Of a stretch of 64,000 bases of DNA, positions 28,239-37,922 are shown one piece after another. A program made the translations under genes and the position numbers. How positions within the stretch are numbered: position 1 is the stretch's first letter; each line of letters opens with the position of its first letter. A model generated the notes under the pieces. It was given only the letters and a program-made list of their open reading frames with translations, ran no database searches and was not told where the DNA came from. Source of the DNA: Alphaproteobacteria bacterium. Lineage in GTDB: Bacteria; Pseudomonadota; Alphaproteobacteria; RF32; CAG-239. The stretch lies in the NCBI GenBank assembly GCA_028706255.1, contig JAQWBS010000001.1, positions 23,617 through 87,616 on the forward strand. Direction: 5' to 3'.

Positions 28239-29017
28239 TGAATAAAACTTCTCTTGTTTATAGCCTTACTCTTGCATTTATACTGTTGCTTCAGAGTTCC
28301 TCTGCTTTGGCAAACATTACCTTAACTGCTGACGACAGAGTTGAGCTTCATCAAAATGACCAAAAGATTATAGCTGTCGGCAATGCACAAGCTCAAAAAG
28401 ATGACACGAAAATTAAGGCAGAAAAAATGACTGGAACTTATATTAAAGATGCCAAGAACAAGATGCAAATTGAAAGAGTGGTTGCTGAGAAAAATGTCAG
28501 AATAAATTCCGACACAATGTCTGCCTCAGGAAGTTTTCTAGATTATGATCTCAACAAAGATGAAATGATTTTAAAAGGCAACCCAGCCATCATTAAAACA
28601 GAAAATGGCACGATTGAAGCTCAGGAAGGAATTAAATATTTTCCTTCAAAAAATGTTGCTGTTTCCGTTGGCAAAGTCAAAGCAACTGAGAATGGCAACG
28701 ATATTTACGCTGACGAAATGATTAGTTATTTTGCTGATAATAATGGTAAACTAGAAATTAAAAAAATTGAAATTATGAAAAATGTCAGAATCATTTCCAA
28801 AGATGTTGTTGTCTTGGCGGATAAGGGAGAATATATCCCCAAGGAAAACAAAATAAGACTTCACAACAATGTCACAATCAATCAAAATGGCAACATCTTA
28901 AAGGGTGACTATGCCGAAACAGATTTGGAAACAGGCATAAGCAAACTCATCGCGAATAAAAACAAAAAAGGCCGAGTTTCTGGCGTATTTATTGAAAAAA
29001 AGAAAGAAAACAAATAA
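28238..29017 (+). CDS. lptA: LPS transport periplasmic protein LptA (OstA-like)
   Basis: Signal peptide and OstA-like repeats, in the lptC-lptA-lptB order. Confidence 0.85.
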   Translation: MNKTSLVYSLTLAFILLLQSSSALANITLTADDRVELHQNDQKIIAVGNAQAQKDDTKIKAEKMTGTYIKDAKNKMQIERVVAEKNVRINSDTMSASGSFLDYDLNKDEMILKGNPAIIKTENGTIEAQEGIKYFPSKNVAVSVGKVKATENGNDIYADEMISYFADNNGKLEIKKIEIMKNVRIISKDVVVLADKGEYIPKENKIRLHNNVTINQNGNILKGDYAETDLETGISKLIANKNKKGRVSGVFIEKKKENK

Positions 29018-29763
29018 TGACAAATAATCTTGAATATAGCAACTCGACGTTAGAAGTTTTTAATATTGGTAAAAAATATAAAAAACGCCCTGTGCTCCGC
29101 AATGTTTCCCTTAATGTCAAAAGAGGTGAAGCAGTTGGCTTGCTCGGACCAAACGGTGCAGGAAAAACCACTTGTTTCTATTGCATCACTGGGTTGATTA
29201 TGCCCGATTATGGCGACGTCCATATCAATGGTCAAGATATTACCAATTTACCAATGTATCAGCGTGCTCGCATGGGCATTGGCTATTTGCCTCAAGAAGC
29301 TTCCATTTTCCGTTCGTTGAGTGTGGAAGATAACATTAAAGCCATTTTGCAATTAACAACAAATGACGAAACTGAACAAGAAAATATGTTAGAAGAACTC
29401 CTTTCTGAGTTTTCAATTTCTCACCTCAGAAGCTCTCCTGCAATCGCCTTATCTGGTGGTGAAAGAAGACGTTTAGAAATTGCAAGAGCCCTTGCCAGCA
29501 AACCAAATTTCATTTTACTTGATGAACCCCTTGCCGGCATCGACCCAATCGCCGTTGGTGAAATCAGAGCCTTAGTTTCTCAACTTAAACACCGTGGACT
29601 TGGCGTGCTGATTACAGACCATAATGTTCGTGAAACATTAGACATCATCGACAGAGCATATATTTTGCATGGAGGCACAGTTCTTATGGAAGGAACGCCA
29701 GAGAAGATTGTTGCCAGCAAAGAAGTTAGAAAAGTCTATCTGGGCGAAAACTTTTCCCTATAA
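29017..29763 (+). CDS. lptB: LPS export ABC transporter ATP-binding protein LptB
   Basis: Walker A GPNGAGKTT, signature LSGGERRRLEIARAL, Walker B ILLDEP. Confidence 0.95.
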   Translation: MTNNLEYSNSTLEVFNIGKKYKKRPVLRNVSLNVKRGEAVGLLGPNGAGKTTCFYCITGLIMPDYGDVHINGQDITNLPMYQRARMGIGYLPQEASIFRSLSVEDNIKAILQLTTNDETEQENMLEELLSEFSISHLRSSPAIALSGGERRRLEIARALASKPNFILLDEPLAGIDPIAVGEIRALVSQLKHRGLGVLITDHNVRETLDIIDRAYILHGGTVLMEGTPEKIVASKEVRKVYLGENFSL

Positions 29764-29780
29764 AATGAGGGGTTGTTGAG

Positions 29781-31262
29781 ATGGCAATTACACCACGTTT
29801 AGAGATTAAACAGACGCAGTCATTATTAATGACTCCGCAACTGCGTCAAGCCATTCAACTCCTTCAAATGTCTAATCTTGAATTAAATGAATTGGTCACA
29901 CAGGAACTTGAAAACAATCCTTTTTTAGAAAGAGAAGATGATCTCATTGAAAGTTATGATGACCGTGAACAATCCATTGATGATTATAAAGATGAAAATC
30001 CGCAAGATAAAGAAATTGAAAATTATGAAATAGACACGGATTATGACAACCAAACTGACGACTTCGGCAGCGACAGAGAAGGTTATGGCGAAAATAGTGA
30101 TTATGATTGGGACAATTACGCTCACTCAAAAAATGCCACAAATGATGGCGATTTTGACTTTTTTGAAAAAAAACTAAGTGATGAGAAAACCCTTCTTGAA
30201 CGCTTGCAAGAACAGATTCAAATGAATTTTTATAAGCCTTATGAAAAAATAATTGCTTCTAATTTAATTGAGCATTTAGATGATGCGGGCTATTTCGTTG
30301 GCAACCTTCAAGAAATTTCACAAAGAATGAATGTGAACCAAGAAATTTTGGACGACATTTTATATGTTTTAAAAACATTTGAACCATCTGGCATTTTTGC
30401 ACAAAGCCTCGCCGAATGCTTAACCATTCAACTCAAAGACAAAGCGCTTTTAACCAAAGAGATGAATATGCTCTTACAAAATCTTGAACTTTTAGGGCAA
30501 GGAAAGGCCAAAGAGCTAATGGACATCTGCCAAGTTGATGAGAAAACACTTCACACAATGGTTAAGGAAATCAGAGCCTTAAACCCCAAACCAACAGCCG
30601 ATTATGTTTCTGAAAAAGCAGATTATATCATTCCTGATGTTTTTGTAAAACGTGGCAAATATGGTGAATATAACATTGAACTTAATCATATGTCTTTACC
30701 AAAAGTTTTGATAAACCAAAACTATAAAACCTTTGTGTCAGACAAAGACAAAGAAACCAATAAGTACATCAAGACACAAATTAACAGTGCCAATTTCTTA
30801 GTCAAAGCACTTCACCAAAGAGCAACAACAATTTTGAGTGTTTGTGAAGAAATTGTCAAAAATCAATATGATTTTTTTGAAAAAGGTGTTCAGTTCCTCC
30901 GCCCAATGCAATTGAAAGATATTGCAGAAGCAGCAGAAATTCATGAAAGCACTGTCAGTCGTGTCACAAATAATAAATATATGCACACCCCTCGTGGTCT
31001 CTTTGAACTGAAATATTTTTTCTCTGGAGCAGCCGGTTCTTTCTCAGGAGATGACAGCACCTCAACAACCGCCATCAAACACAAAATTAAAACATTAATT
31101 GACCAAGAAGAAAGCACAAATATTCTCTCTGATGATAATATTGTTGAACTCCTCGCCCAACAAAGCATCAAGATTGCTCGCAGAACCATTGCAAAATATA
31201 GAGAAAGTATGAACATTCCAACTTCTGCAGCGAGAAAACGAATTAAACGCAAAGTGCTATAA
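29781..31262 (+). CDS. rpoN: RNA polymerase sigma-54 factor
   Basis: N-terminal LLMTPQLRQAIQLLQMS and the C-terminal RpoN box ARRTIAKYRE. Confidence 0.95.
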   Translation: MAITPRLEIKQTQSLLMTPQLRQAIQLLQMSNLELNELVTQELENNPFLEREDDLIESYDDREQSIDDYKDENPQDKEIENYEIDTDYDNQTDDFGSDREGYGENSDYDWDNYAHSKNATNDGDFDFFEKKLSDEKTLLERLQEQIQMNFYKPYEKIIASNLIEHLDDAGYFVGNLQEISQRMNVNQEILDDILYVLKTFEPSGIFAQSLAECLTIQLKDKALLTKEMNMLLQNLELLGQGKAKELMDICQVDEKTLHTMVKEIRALNPKPTADYVSEKADYIIPDVFVKRGKYGEYNIELNHMSLPKVLINQNYKTFVSDKDKETNKYIKTQINSANFLVKALHQRATTILSVCEEIVKNQYDFFEKGVQFLRPMQLKDIAEAAEIHESTVSRVTNNKYMHTPRGLFELKYFFSGAAGSFSGDDSTSTTAIKHKIKTLIDQEESTNILSDDNIVELLAQQSIKIARRTIAKYRESMNIPTSAARKRIKRKVL

Positions 31263-31387
31263 CTTAGTTTTTTATATTGACATTTTCTGAAACTATGTTT
31301 ATCTGTCTGACAAGATTTATATAGAAATTAAGAATAAATTGCTATATAATTATAACGTTTAAACAACAACAATATTAAGGAAAAATT

Positions 31388-31945
31388 ATGCAAGTTACAT
31401 TAACAGGAAAACAAGTCGATATTGGTGACAGACTTCGTAAACATGTTGAAGAAAACACTCTTAACACTGTTAGCAAATATTTCAATTCACCAATCAGCTG
31501 CGCTGTTAGCTTCTACAAAGAAGGTGAAGACTTCATCGCTGAAGTAACAGTTCATCCAACTAAAAATATGCTCCTTAAAGGAACTGGAACAGCTGTTGAC
31601 CCATATTCTGCATTTGACAATGCCAATGCTCACATTGCAACACGTCTTCGCAAATATAAGAACAAACTCAGCGACCACAAAAAAACTGGTTTGGCTGAAC
31701 TTGCTTCTGAATCTGTTTTCCCATATTCATTTGAAGAAGAAGTTGAAGTTGCCGAAGAAGCTCCGCTCACAATCGCAGAAACAGATGCAAACATTCCGCT
31801 TTGCTCTGTAAGTGACGCTGTAATGTATATGGACTTGAACAACGAAGTTGCTTTAATGTTCAGAAACGTTGCAAATAATAGAATCAGCATGGTATATCGC
31901 CGTAAAGACGGAAATATCGGTTGGGTTGAGCCAAAAGGCGAATAA
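31388..31945 (+). CDS. hpf: Ribosome hibernation promoting factor (long form)
   Basis: MQVTLTGKQVDIGDRLRKHVEE at about 185 aa, downstream of rpoN. Confidence 0.9.
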   Translation: MQVTLTGKQVDIGDRLRKHVEENTLNTVSKYFNSPISCAVSFYKEGEDFIAEVTVHPTKNMLLKGTGTAVDPYSAFDNANAHIATRLRKYKNKLSDHKKTGLAELASESVFPYSFEEEVEVAEEAPLTIAETDANIPLCSVSDAVMYMDLNNEVALMFRNVANNRISMVYRRKDGNIGWVEPKGE

Positions 31946-31961
31946 TTCTTTAGGTGATTTT

Positions 31962-32411
31962 ATGAAAATTTCTAACATAATGAATAAGCATTGCGTTCTC
32001 TTAAACCTCAAAAGCAACAACAAAAGACAGTTTTTGCAAGAAACATCTAAGAAAATTGCCGATATCATCAAAATTGATGAACGTTCTGTTTTTGATGCGT
32101 TGCTTGAAAGAGAAAACTTAGGTTCAACCGGATTTGGCGAAGGAACTGCAATTCCTCACGCCAGAATTGAAAGCGTTGACAAAGTTTGGGCTTTCTTAAC
32201 AAAATTACAAAGTCCAATCGACTTTGATTCTGTTGATGGAAAACCGGTAGACCTCGCTTTCTTCCTCATTTCTCCGGAAAATAATGGGGCCGACCATTTG
32301 ACAGCTTTGGCAAAAATTTCTCGCCTTTTGAAAGATGAAAACATCTGTAAAAAGATTCGCTCTGAAACAGATGCCGAAACAGTCTATGCTTTGCTTAGCA
32401 ACATTGATTAA
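31962..32411 (+). CDS. ptsN: PTS IIA-like nitrogen regulatory protein PtsN
   Basis: EIIA-Fru fold with the phospho-His context GEGTAIPHAR, after hpf. Confidence 0.85.
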   Translation: MKISNIMNKHCVLLNLKSNNKRQFLQETSKKIADIIKIDERSVFDALLERENLGSTGFGEGTAIPHARIESVDKVWAFLTKLQSPIDFDSVDGKPVDLAFFLISPENNGADHLTALAKISRLLKDENICKKIRSETDAETVYALLSNID

Positions 32412-32426
32412 ACACAAAAATCAATT

Positions 32427-32461
32427 AAAAAAAGCTCCCTTGTTTGGGAGCTTTTTTTTTG
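32427..32461. terminator. Bidirectional rho-independent terminator (AGCTCCC-ttgttt-GGGAGCT + T9)
   Basis: A perfect 7-bp stem flanked by A6 and T9. It serves ptsN on the plus strand and ORF 32488-32700 on the minus strand. Confidence 0.7.
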
Positions 32462-32487
32462 TCTTTTTCAAATTCTTTTTCAACTTA

Positions 32488-32700
32488 TTAATGTGCACTA
32501 CAAGGGTCAAAGTCATTTTGCCTTGCCAAGATAAAAGCAATTTCTCGACTATCTGTTTCAGCAATTTTAGTGCCATCCGCAGAACAAACAAACCATTTAT
32601 TATCTTCTTCTTTTCCCGCAAACTTCACAAAAGCCACATCTTCTTCATTTTGTTCAAACAAAACAGAGTTCTCACCTTGTTTCAAAGTTCTTTTTTTCAT
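32488..32700 (-). CDS. Hypothetical small protein (70 aa)
   Basis: The composition is protein-like. It is flanked by the bidirectional terminator. The overlapping plus-strand ORF 32335-32745 is an F-rich low-complexity shadow. Confidence 0.45.
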   Translation of the reverse strand: MKKRTLKQGENSVLFEQNEEDVAFVKFAGKEEDNKWFVCSADGTKIAETDSREIAFILARQNDFDPCSAH

Positions 32701-32795
32701 AAAATACAACCCTTTACTATTGTCAGTATAGCCAATTCTTCATAATAATTGATACTTATTAAGGAATTACTAAAGTTAACGATTGAAAGAAAAAT

Positions 32796-34448
32796 ATGTT
32801 TTTAAGCATCAATAAAAAAATCATATACAGCATATTGATATTTTTTATCCTGATTGGATCCATATTCATGTATAGTTTTTATAAATTATACATTCAACAA
32901 TCTATATATAATCAAAGATCGGTTTACACAAAAAACAATCAATATATTTCAACGCTTTACGAAAACATCATCTTAAAGAACGAAATTAGAATTCTTTTTC
33001 AAGAACACAGTGAAATCAAAGGGACTCCCGTAATTGAAGCAATTTTAAGCCCCAAAAACACAGGGAATGATGAAGATAGATTTATTGCCGAAAAAGAAAA
33101 AATCAATAAACTCCTCACCACTTATAATGAGCATTACTCAACGCTACAAGAAGCGCTTAAATTTCTGATTTTTTCAGCAATCATTCTTACACTAGCCACA
33201 ATTATGCTGTGGTTTTTAATGAGAAAATGGGTCATTAGTCCCATCCAGAAGCTATCAAGCGTCAGCAAACTCATTTCAGAACAAAATATCTCTGTGAGAA
33301 TTCAGCCAGAACGAAGAGGAATTTTCTTAGATGAATTTCACAACCTTTATAAAACGTATAATCAAATGCTTGATAGCATTGAAAATAATATTGTTGAAAT
33401 TAAAGAAAAAGAACGCTTTTTACAACGTTTAATCAATGCTATTCCTGACGGCATTCGAGTGATTGATAAAAACCATAACATTATCATCGCCAATGAAGAA
33501 TATTACAAAAGCTTTGAAAAGAACCACACCACGAACAAGTGTTACCACTCTTTGTTTGACCATAATGCTCCATGCGTACATTCTCATTACAAATGTCCTG
33601 TCAAAGAGATTTTGAATAAGAAAAACAAAGCAAATAATGTTAAGCTTTTCAGCAAAAACGACAAGAAATACATCTCCATTCACGCGGCTGCTTTGAAAGC
33701 TTCAAAGGATGAGTTATATGTTGTGGAATCTCTCAGAGATTTAAGCGATGACATCAAGTTTTCTTACAATCAAAAACTTTCTTCCATGGGTTTTCTTTCA
33801 ACTTCTATTGCTCACGAAATGAAAAACAATCTGGGTGCAATCAGAATGATTATTGAAAGCATCATCGCTCGCACCCAGAAAGGTGAATTTACGGGAGAAG
33901 AAACCATAAAATATATGGAAATGCTCCATGAACAAATTATCGGAAGCATTGAAGTTCCTGTTCGCCTCCTTAAACTCTCTTCAACAGAAAATGATGAAAC
34001 AGAACGAGTGAACTGCATTGAAATTTTAAAAGATATTGTTGCCCTCTTAGACTATGAGGCAAAATCACGTGGAGCAATTTTACAATTTAAACATTTTCAA
34101 GATGAAGTTTATGCCAATCTTTTGAGTAATGAATTTAAAATTGCCATTATCAATCTCATTCAAAATTCTCTTGCTGCCATTAAAAATCAAGGCTATGTCA
34201 TTATTGAATGTTTTGAAGTCAAAAACAAAGTAACAATCAAAATCAAAGACAGTGGTGCTGGCATAAGCAAAGAAGATTTAGCGTTCATCTTTTATCCTTT
34301 TTTCTCTCAGGGAAAAGACTATAAAGCCACGGGCAATGGACTAGGATTGCCAATTGTTAAATCAATCATCGATAAATTTGATGGAAAAATAAAGGTATAT
34401 AGCAAAAAAAATCTAGGCACAACTTTTGCAATAACCTTTGAGAAATAA
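32796..34448 (+). CDS. Sensor histidine kinase (2 TM - HAMP - PAS - HisKA - HATPase_c), no adjacent response regulator
   Basis: TM helices lie near residues 9-31 and 135-157. The H-box is STSIAHEMKNNLGAI, the N box is IINLIQNSLAAI, and the G boxes are DSGAGI...GNGLGLPIV. The PAS segment carries KCYHSLFDHNAPCVHSHYKCP. Confidence 0.85.
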   Translation: MFLSINKKIIYSILIFFILIGSIFMYSFYKLYIQQSIYNQRSVYTKNNQYISTLYENIILKNEIRILFQEHSEIKGTPVIEAILSPKNTGNDEDRFIAEKEKINKLLTTYNEHYSTLQEALKFLIFSAIILTLATIMLWFLMRKWVISPIQKLSSVSKLISEQNISVRIQPERRGIFLDEFHNLYKTYNQMLDSIENNIVEIKEKERFLQRLINAIPDGIRVIDKNHNIIIANEEYYKSFEKNHTTNKCYHSLFDHNAPCVHSHYKCPVKEILNKKNKANNVKLFSKNDKKYISIHAAALKASKDELYVVESLRDLSDDIKFSYNQKLSSMGFLSTSIAHEMKNNLGAIRMIIESIIARTQKGEFTGEETIKYMEMLHEQIIGSIEVPVRLLKLSSTENDETERVNCIEILKDIVALLDYEAKSRGAILQFKHFQDEVYANLLSNEFKIAIINLIQNSLAAIKNQGYVIIECFEVKNKVTIKIKDSGAGISKEDLAFIFYPFFSQGKDYKATGNGLGLPIVKSIIDKFDGKIKVYSKKNLGTTFAITFEK

Positions 34449-34457
34449 AAAAAAGAT

Positions 34458-34486
34458 TTGCATAAATATTTTTTGTGGTTTATACA
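34458..34486 (+). promoter_or_regulatory. Candidate sigma70 promoter of infA (TTGCAT-17-TATACA)
   Basis: Hexamers with 17-nt spacing lie 38 nt upstream of the infA ATG. Confidence 0.35.
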
Positions 34487-34523
34487 GTAAACAATCATAA
34501 ATCAAACAATAAGGAAGAATTTT

Positions 34524-34745
34524 ATGAGTAAAGAAGAATTACTTGAATTTACAGGCGAAGTAATCGAAAATTTACCAAACGCAATGTTCAGAGTTAAACT
34601 TGAAAACGGCCACGAAATTTTGGCACACACTGCTGGAAAAATGAGAAAATTTAGAATTAGAGTTATGGTCGGCGACAAAGTAGATATTGAAATGACACCA
34701 TATGACTTAACTAAGGGAAGAATTACATTCCGCCATAAAGATTAA
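34524..34745 (+). CDS. infA: Translation initiation factor IF-1
   Basis: [46 protein letters not shown] matches IF-1. Confidence 0.95.
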   Translation: MSKEELLEFTGEVIENLPNAMFRVKLENGHEILAHTAGKMRKFRIRVMVGDKVDIEMTPYDLTKGRITFRHKD

Positions 34746-34773
34746 GAAAAAACTCCTTAACGGAGTTTTTTTA
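34745..34773. terminator. Bidirectional rho-independent terminator (AACTCC-ttaac-GGAGTT + T7)
   Basis: A 6-bp stem between A5 and T7. It serves infA on the plus strand and the DedA gene on the minus strand. Confidence 0.6.
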
Positions 34774-34776
34774 TAT

Positions 34777-35382
34777 TTAAAGATAAGGAAAAAGAGCAAT
34801 TGTCAAAACAATTAAAAAGACAAAGGCAAGAGAAATTTTTTGTAAATTTCTCGCAACATACCCCCTCATCTCTTCACCATATTTCAAAAGTAGCCAAGCC
34901 ACGAGATAAAATCGAATTGCTCGAGCAATTAATGAAACAAAACCAAATTCAAACAAATTAAGCTTGAACAAGCCACAAAGCATTGCCGTAATTTTAAAAG
35001 GAACAGGCGTTAACCCTCCAATCAAAATTAGCCCTGAACCAAAATCATTGAAAGAAGTTTTAATGCTCTCAAACTGATCCATATACCCATAAAAGCTTAA
35101 AATGGGCAAAGCCACAACATCAAACATAAAATAGCCGATAGCATACCCCAAATAGCCCCCTAGAACACTAGAGACAGTTGCTACACCAGCAATTTTCCAA
35201 GCTTGATCAGGACGTGCCAAAACCATTGGAACAATCATTACATAAGGCGGAATAGGAAAGAAAGAACTTTCAATGAAAGAAAAAATTGCCAAATAAACAA
35301 TTGCATCTTTCCTTGCCGATACAATCATTGTAACTTCATAAAAAGATTTCAAAAAACTTTCGATTTTTGACATCCCAAACAT
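34777..35382 (-). CDS. DedA/YqaA-family inner membrane protein
   Basis: ESSFFPIPPYVMIVPMVL and a multi-TM profile typical of YqaA-type DedA proteins. Confidence 0.75.
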   Translation of the reverse strand: MFGMSKIESFLKSFYEVTMIVSARKDAIVYLAIFSFIESSFFPIPPYVMIVPMVLARPDQAWKIAGVATVSSVLGGYLGYAIGYFMFDVVALPILSFYGYMDQFESIKTSFNDFGSGLILIGGLTPVPFKITAMLCGLFKLNLFEFGFVSLIARAIRFYLVAWLLLKYGEEMRGYVARNLQKISLAFVFLIVLTIALFPYL

Positions 35383-36225
35383 CTATTTTCCCTTTTGTGA
35401 TAAATAAGCAAGATAAGTGTTTTCCATCAACATCATCACGGTCATTGGACCAACGCCACCAGGGACAGGAGAAAGATAGCCTGCGACCTCTGAAACATCA
35501 TCAAAATCAACATCCCCACACAACTTGCCGTCCAAACGATTAATGCCTACATCAATCACCACCGCACCAGCCTTAATCCATTCTTTTTTAACAAGCTTTG
35601 CCTGTCCGCAAGCTGCAATCACGATATCAGCCGTCTTAACAATTTCAACAAGATTTTGGGTTTTAGAGTGCGCAGTTGTCACGGTGCAATCACAATTCAA
35701 AAGCAATGAAGACATTGGACGACCGACAATATTCGAACGACCAATCACCACCGCATGCTTTCCGCTTAAAACAACACCCGTTGACTTCAACATTTTCAAA
35801 ATACCTTTAGGCGTTGCAGCAACAAGTGCTTTTTCACTTCCCATTTGTAACAAGCCAGCATTACAAGCCCCCAACCCATCAACATCTTTTTGTGGAGAAA
35901 TTAACGAGATAACTTCTCTAAAGTCTAGCCCTGAAGGCAAAGGGAGTTGAACCATCACCCCATGAACGGACTCATCATCATTCAACCCTTTGACCAGAGC
36001 TTGAACTTCAGACAAAGTTGACTTGGCAGAAAGATGAAACAAACGACAATCAATGCCAATTGCATCAGCCATCTTCTTTTTTGTGTTCACATAAATTTTG
36101 CTTGCTTCATTATCCCCCACAAGCACAACAGCAAGCACAGGTTTTTCAGAAAGAGCCGCAACTTTTTCAATTAATTCCCCTTTATTTTCTTCTGCTAATG
36201 CTTTGCCATTAATGATTTCTACCAT
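35383..36225 (-). CDS. folD: Bifunctional methylenetetrahydrofolate dehydrogenase/cyclohydrolase
   Basis: MVEIINGKALAEENKGELIEKVAALSEKPVLAVVLVGDNEASKIYV...GGVGPMTV matches FolD. Confidence 0.95.
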   Translation of the reverse strand: MVEIINGKALAEENKGELIEKVAALSEKPVLAVVLVGDNEASKIYVNTKKKMADAIGIDCRLFHLSAKSTLSEVQALVKGLNDDESVHGVMVQLPLPSGLDFREVISLISPQKDVDGLGACNAGLLQMGSEKALVAATPKGILKMLKSTGVVLSGKHAVVIGRSNIVGRPMSSLLLNCDCTVTTAHSKTQNLVEIVKTADIVIAACGQAKLVKKEWIKAGAVVIDVGINRLDGKLCGDVDFDDVSEVAGYLSPVPGGVGPMTVMMLMENTYLAYLSQKGK

Positions 36226-36231
36226 AGCTTT

Positions 36232-36537
36232 TTAATTCCCTTCTACCAATTTCTCAATTTCTTCAATTAATACATCTGTTTTAATTAAAATTTTCTTATA
36301 CCTATCTGTTTCTCCTGAAATAATTTCAAAATTAGATTTCGCAATTTTCAATTTTTTTGCCAGAAACGTAATTAATTCACGATTCGCCTTGCCTCTTTCT
36401 GGAACAGAAATCACATTCACTTTTAAGAAATCCTCCCCATCTGCGGAAGTAAAAATTCCCTTTACAGAACAAGAAGAAGAGTTAGGAGAAATCCTAACTC
36501 TTATCAGAAGACCATTTTCTTGTTTTTGATAAATCAA
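36232..36537 (-). CDS. yggU: DUF167/YggU-family protein
   Basis: LLIRVRISPNSS...LKVNVISVPERGKANRELITFLAKKLKIAKSNFEIISGETDRYKKI matches the YggU consensus. Confidence 0.8.
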   Translation of the reverse strand: MIYQKQENGLLIRVRISPNSSSCSVKGIFTSADGEDFLKVNVISVPERGKANRELITFLAKKLKIAKSNFEIISGETDRYKKILIKTDVLIEEIEKLVEGN

Positions 36538-36540
36538 TCT

Positions 36541-36849
36541 TTAAAGCACCATTGCACTGAGTCTATCCATAAAACGGGAAATGAATAGCAAAGCCAAAAG
36601 CAAAACAAATGGAGAAAAATCTAACCCATTAAAAGGTGGAATTCTTTCGCCAATTTTTTTGTAAACAGGCTTTGTTACAGCATCCAAAAAATCCATCGTT
36701 TTTTGAGTATAGACATTGTTCACCTGCAAAATTTTGAAATGGACTAACCAAAACAAAACCACTTGAACCACTACCACATTAAAATAAATATCTACGATTA
36801 AGCCGATGATGTAAAAGAAAGGTTCAAAAAGTCCCATAAATTCCTCCAA
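36541..36849 (-). CDS. yggT: YggT-family membrane protein
   Basis: About 100 aa with two TM segments and ...ERIPPFNGLDFSPFV..., adjacent to yggU. Confidence 0.7.
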   Translation of the reverse strand: MEEFMGLFEPFFYIIGLIVDIYFNVVVVQVVLFWLVHFKILQVNNVYTQKTMDFLDAVTKPVYKKIGERIPPFNGLDFSPFVLLLALLFISRFMDRLSAMVL

Positions 36850-36857
36850 AAATATAA

Positions 36858-37901
36858 TTAAGCTCTTAAGCGTTCTTCTTCATAACGATTGAAAATAGCA
36901 TTAAAACGAGAACGGTCAAACTCTTGATGACGTCTTTCAACAGGTTTTTCAAGATTACCATATTTCGCCAAACGCACCCCACTCAAAGAAAGCAAGTGAA
37001 GTTCAATAGACTCACGCTCCTGATGTTTAGCCATCATTCGACCTTCAAGCATTGTTTGCCCTCTAGACTGATTAACGAGCCAATCATAACATTTTTCAGG
37101 CGCAAGCTTTTGCTCTAAGTCACCATGATAAATGCCTGCTTCTTTCTTTCTCTCAGGAACAAGTTTATCATAGTTCATCAAGGTAAAGACCATTGCTGCG
37201 GCTAAAGCTTTATCAGCCTTTGATGGATTAACCTTCACATTTTCTTGCTCTCTTCTTTTTTGTTCTTCAGAGAGCTTTTTCTCATTTTCAATTCTTTTAT
37301 TCTCTTCTTCAAACTTATCAGCAGTGCTTTTCGTTGAAGAAAGAATTGCACTACGAACTTCACGAATTTTTTGCAATCTTGTATAGAGCTCTTTATATTT
37401 TTCTTGCGCTCCTTCAAACTTAGACGCACGATATAACCCTAAACAAGTCAAGATTTCATTTTCTCTTTGAATGGTATCATCAATGAACGCATTGCGTTCT
37501 GTAAGTTCATCAGGTATAACCCCATCTGTGTTCATATCACGAATAATTTTTGACGCATCATCAATATATTCATGATATTCATATTTTCTAGAAGTTCCTG
37601 CATTATAGATATCAATAGATTCTGCAATACGATATTGCAAATCTTCAACATTAATAACCTCTCCACCAATTTTAACTTTTCTGCCATGAGGCATTGTAAC
37701 TAGTTCACGAGCAACATCTCTTTTTGCCCCTTCACCAATTTGCTTAAACTCTCTCTCAAGCGCATTTTCGATAATTTTTTGTGGAGAAGAAGCTTCTTGA
37801 CGTGTTTGAGCATGCAAGAGATATGGAACGCTTGCTTTTGCCAATTGTCTAACTTCTAAACTTCTTTCTTTTAATTCATTAATTTTAAGTTGTGCTGACA
37901 T
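36858..37901 (-). CDS. Hypothetical charged / coiled-coil protein (347 aa), no family recognised
   Basis: Long intact ORF that is K/E/R-rich with predicted helices (EENKRIENEKKLSEEQKRREQEN). No TM segment or signal peptide. Confidence 0.55.
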   Translation of the reverse strand: MSAQLKINELKERSLEVRQLAKASVPYLLHAQTRQEASSPQKIIENALEREFKQIGEGAKRDVARELVTMPHGRKVKIGGEVINVEDLQYRIAESIDIYNAGTSRKYEYHEYIDDASKIIRDMNTDGVIPDELTERNAFIDDTIQRENEILTCLGLYRASKFEGAQEKYKELYTRLQKIREVRSAILSSTKSTADKFEEENKRIENEKKLSEEQKRREQENVKVNPSKADKALAAAMVFTLMNYDKLVPERKKEAGIYHGDLEQKLAPEKCYDWLVNQSRGQTMLEGRMMAKHQERESIELHLLSLSGVRLAKYGNLEKPVERRHQEFDRSRFNAIFNRYEEERLRA

Positions 37902-37922
37902 AACAGCCTCCTGTGGTTGAAA

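Noticed and set aside
31263-31387. Possible sigma-54 promoter upstream of hpf/ptsN
   Set aside because: No TGGCAC-N5-TTGC (-24/-12) match is found. Only a weak sigma70-like TTGACA-17-TATCTG is present.
32335-32745. 136-aa plus-strand ORF overlapping the 3' end of ptsN and the convergent small gene
   Set aside because: It is an F/K-rich low-complexity translation that starts inside ptsN and reads through a strong bidirectional terminator. The opposite-strand 70-aa ORF is more protein-like.
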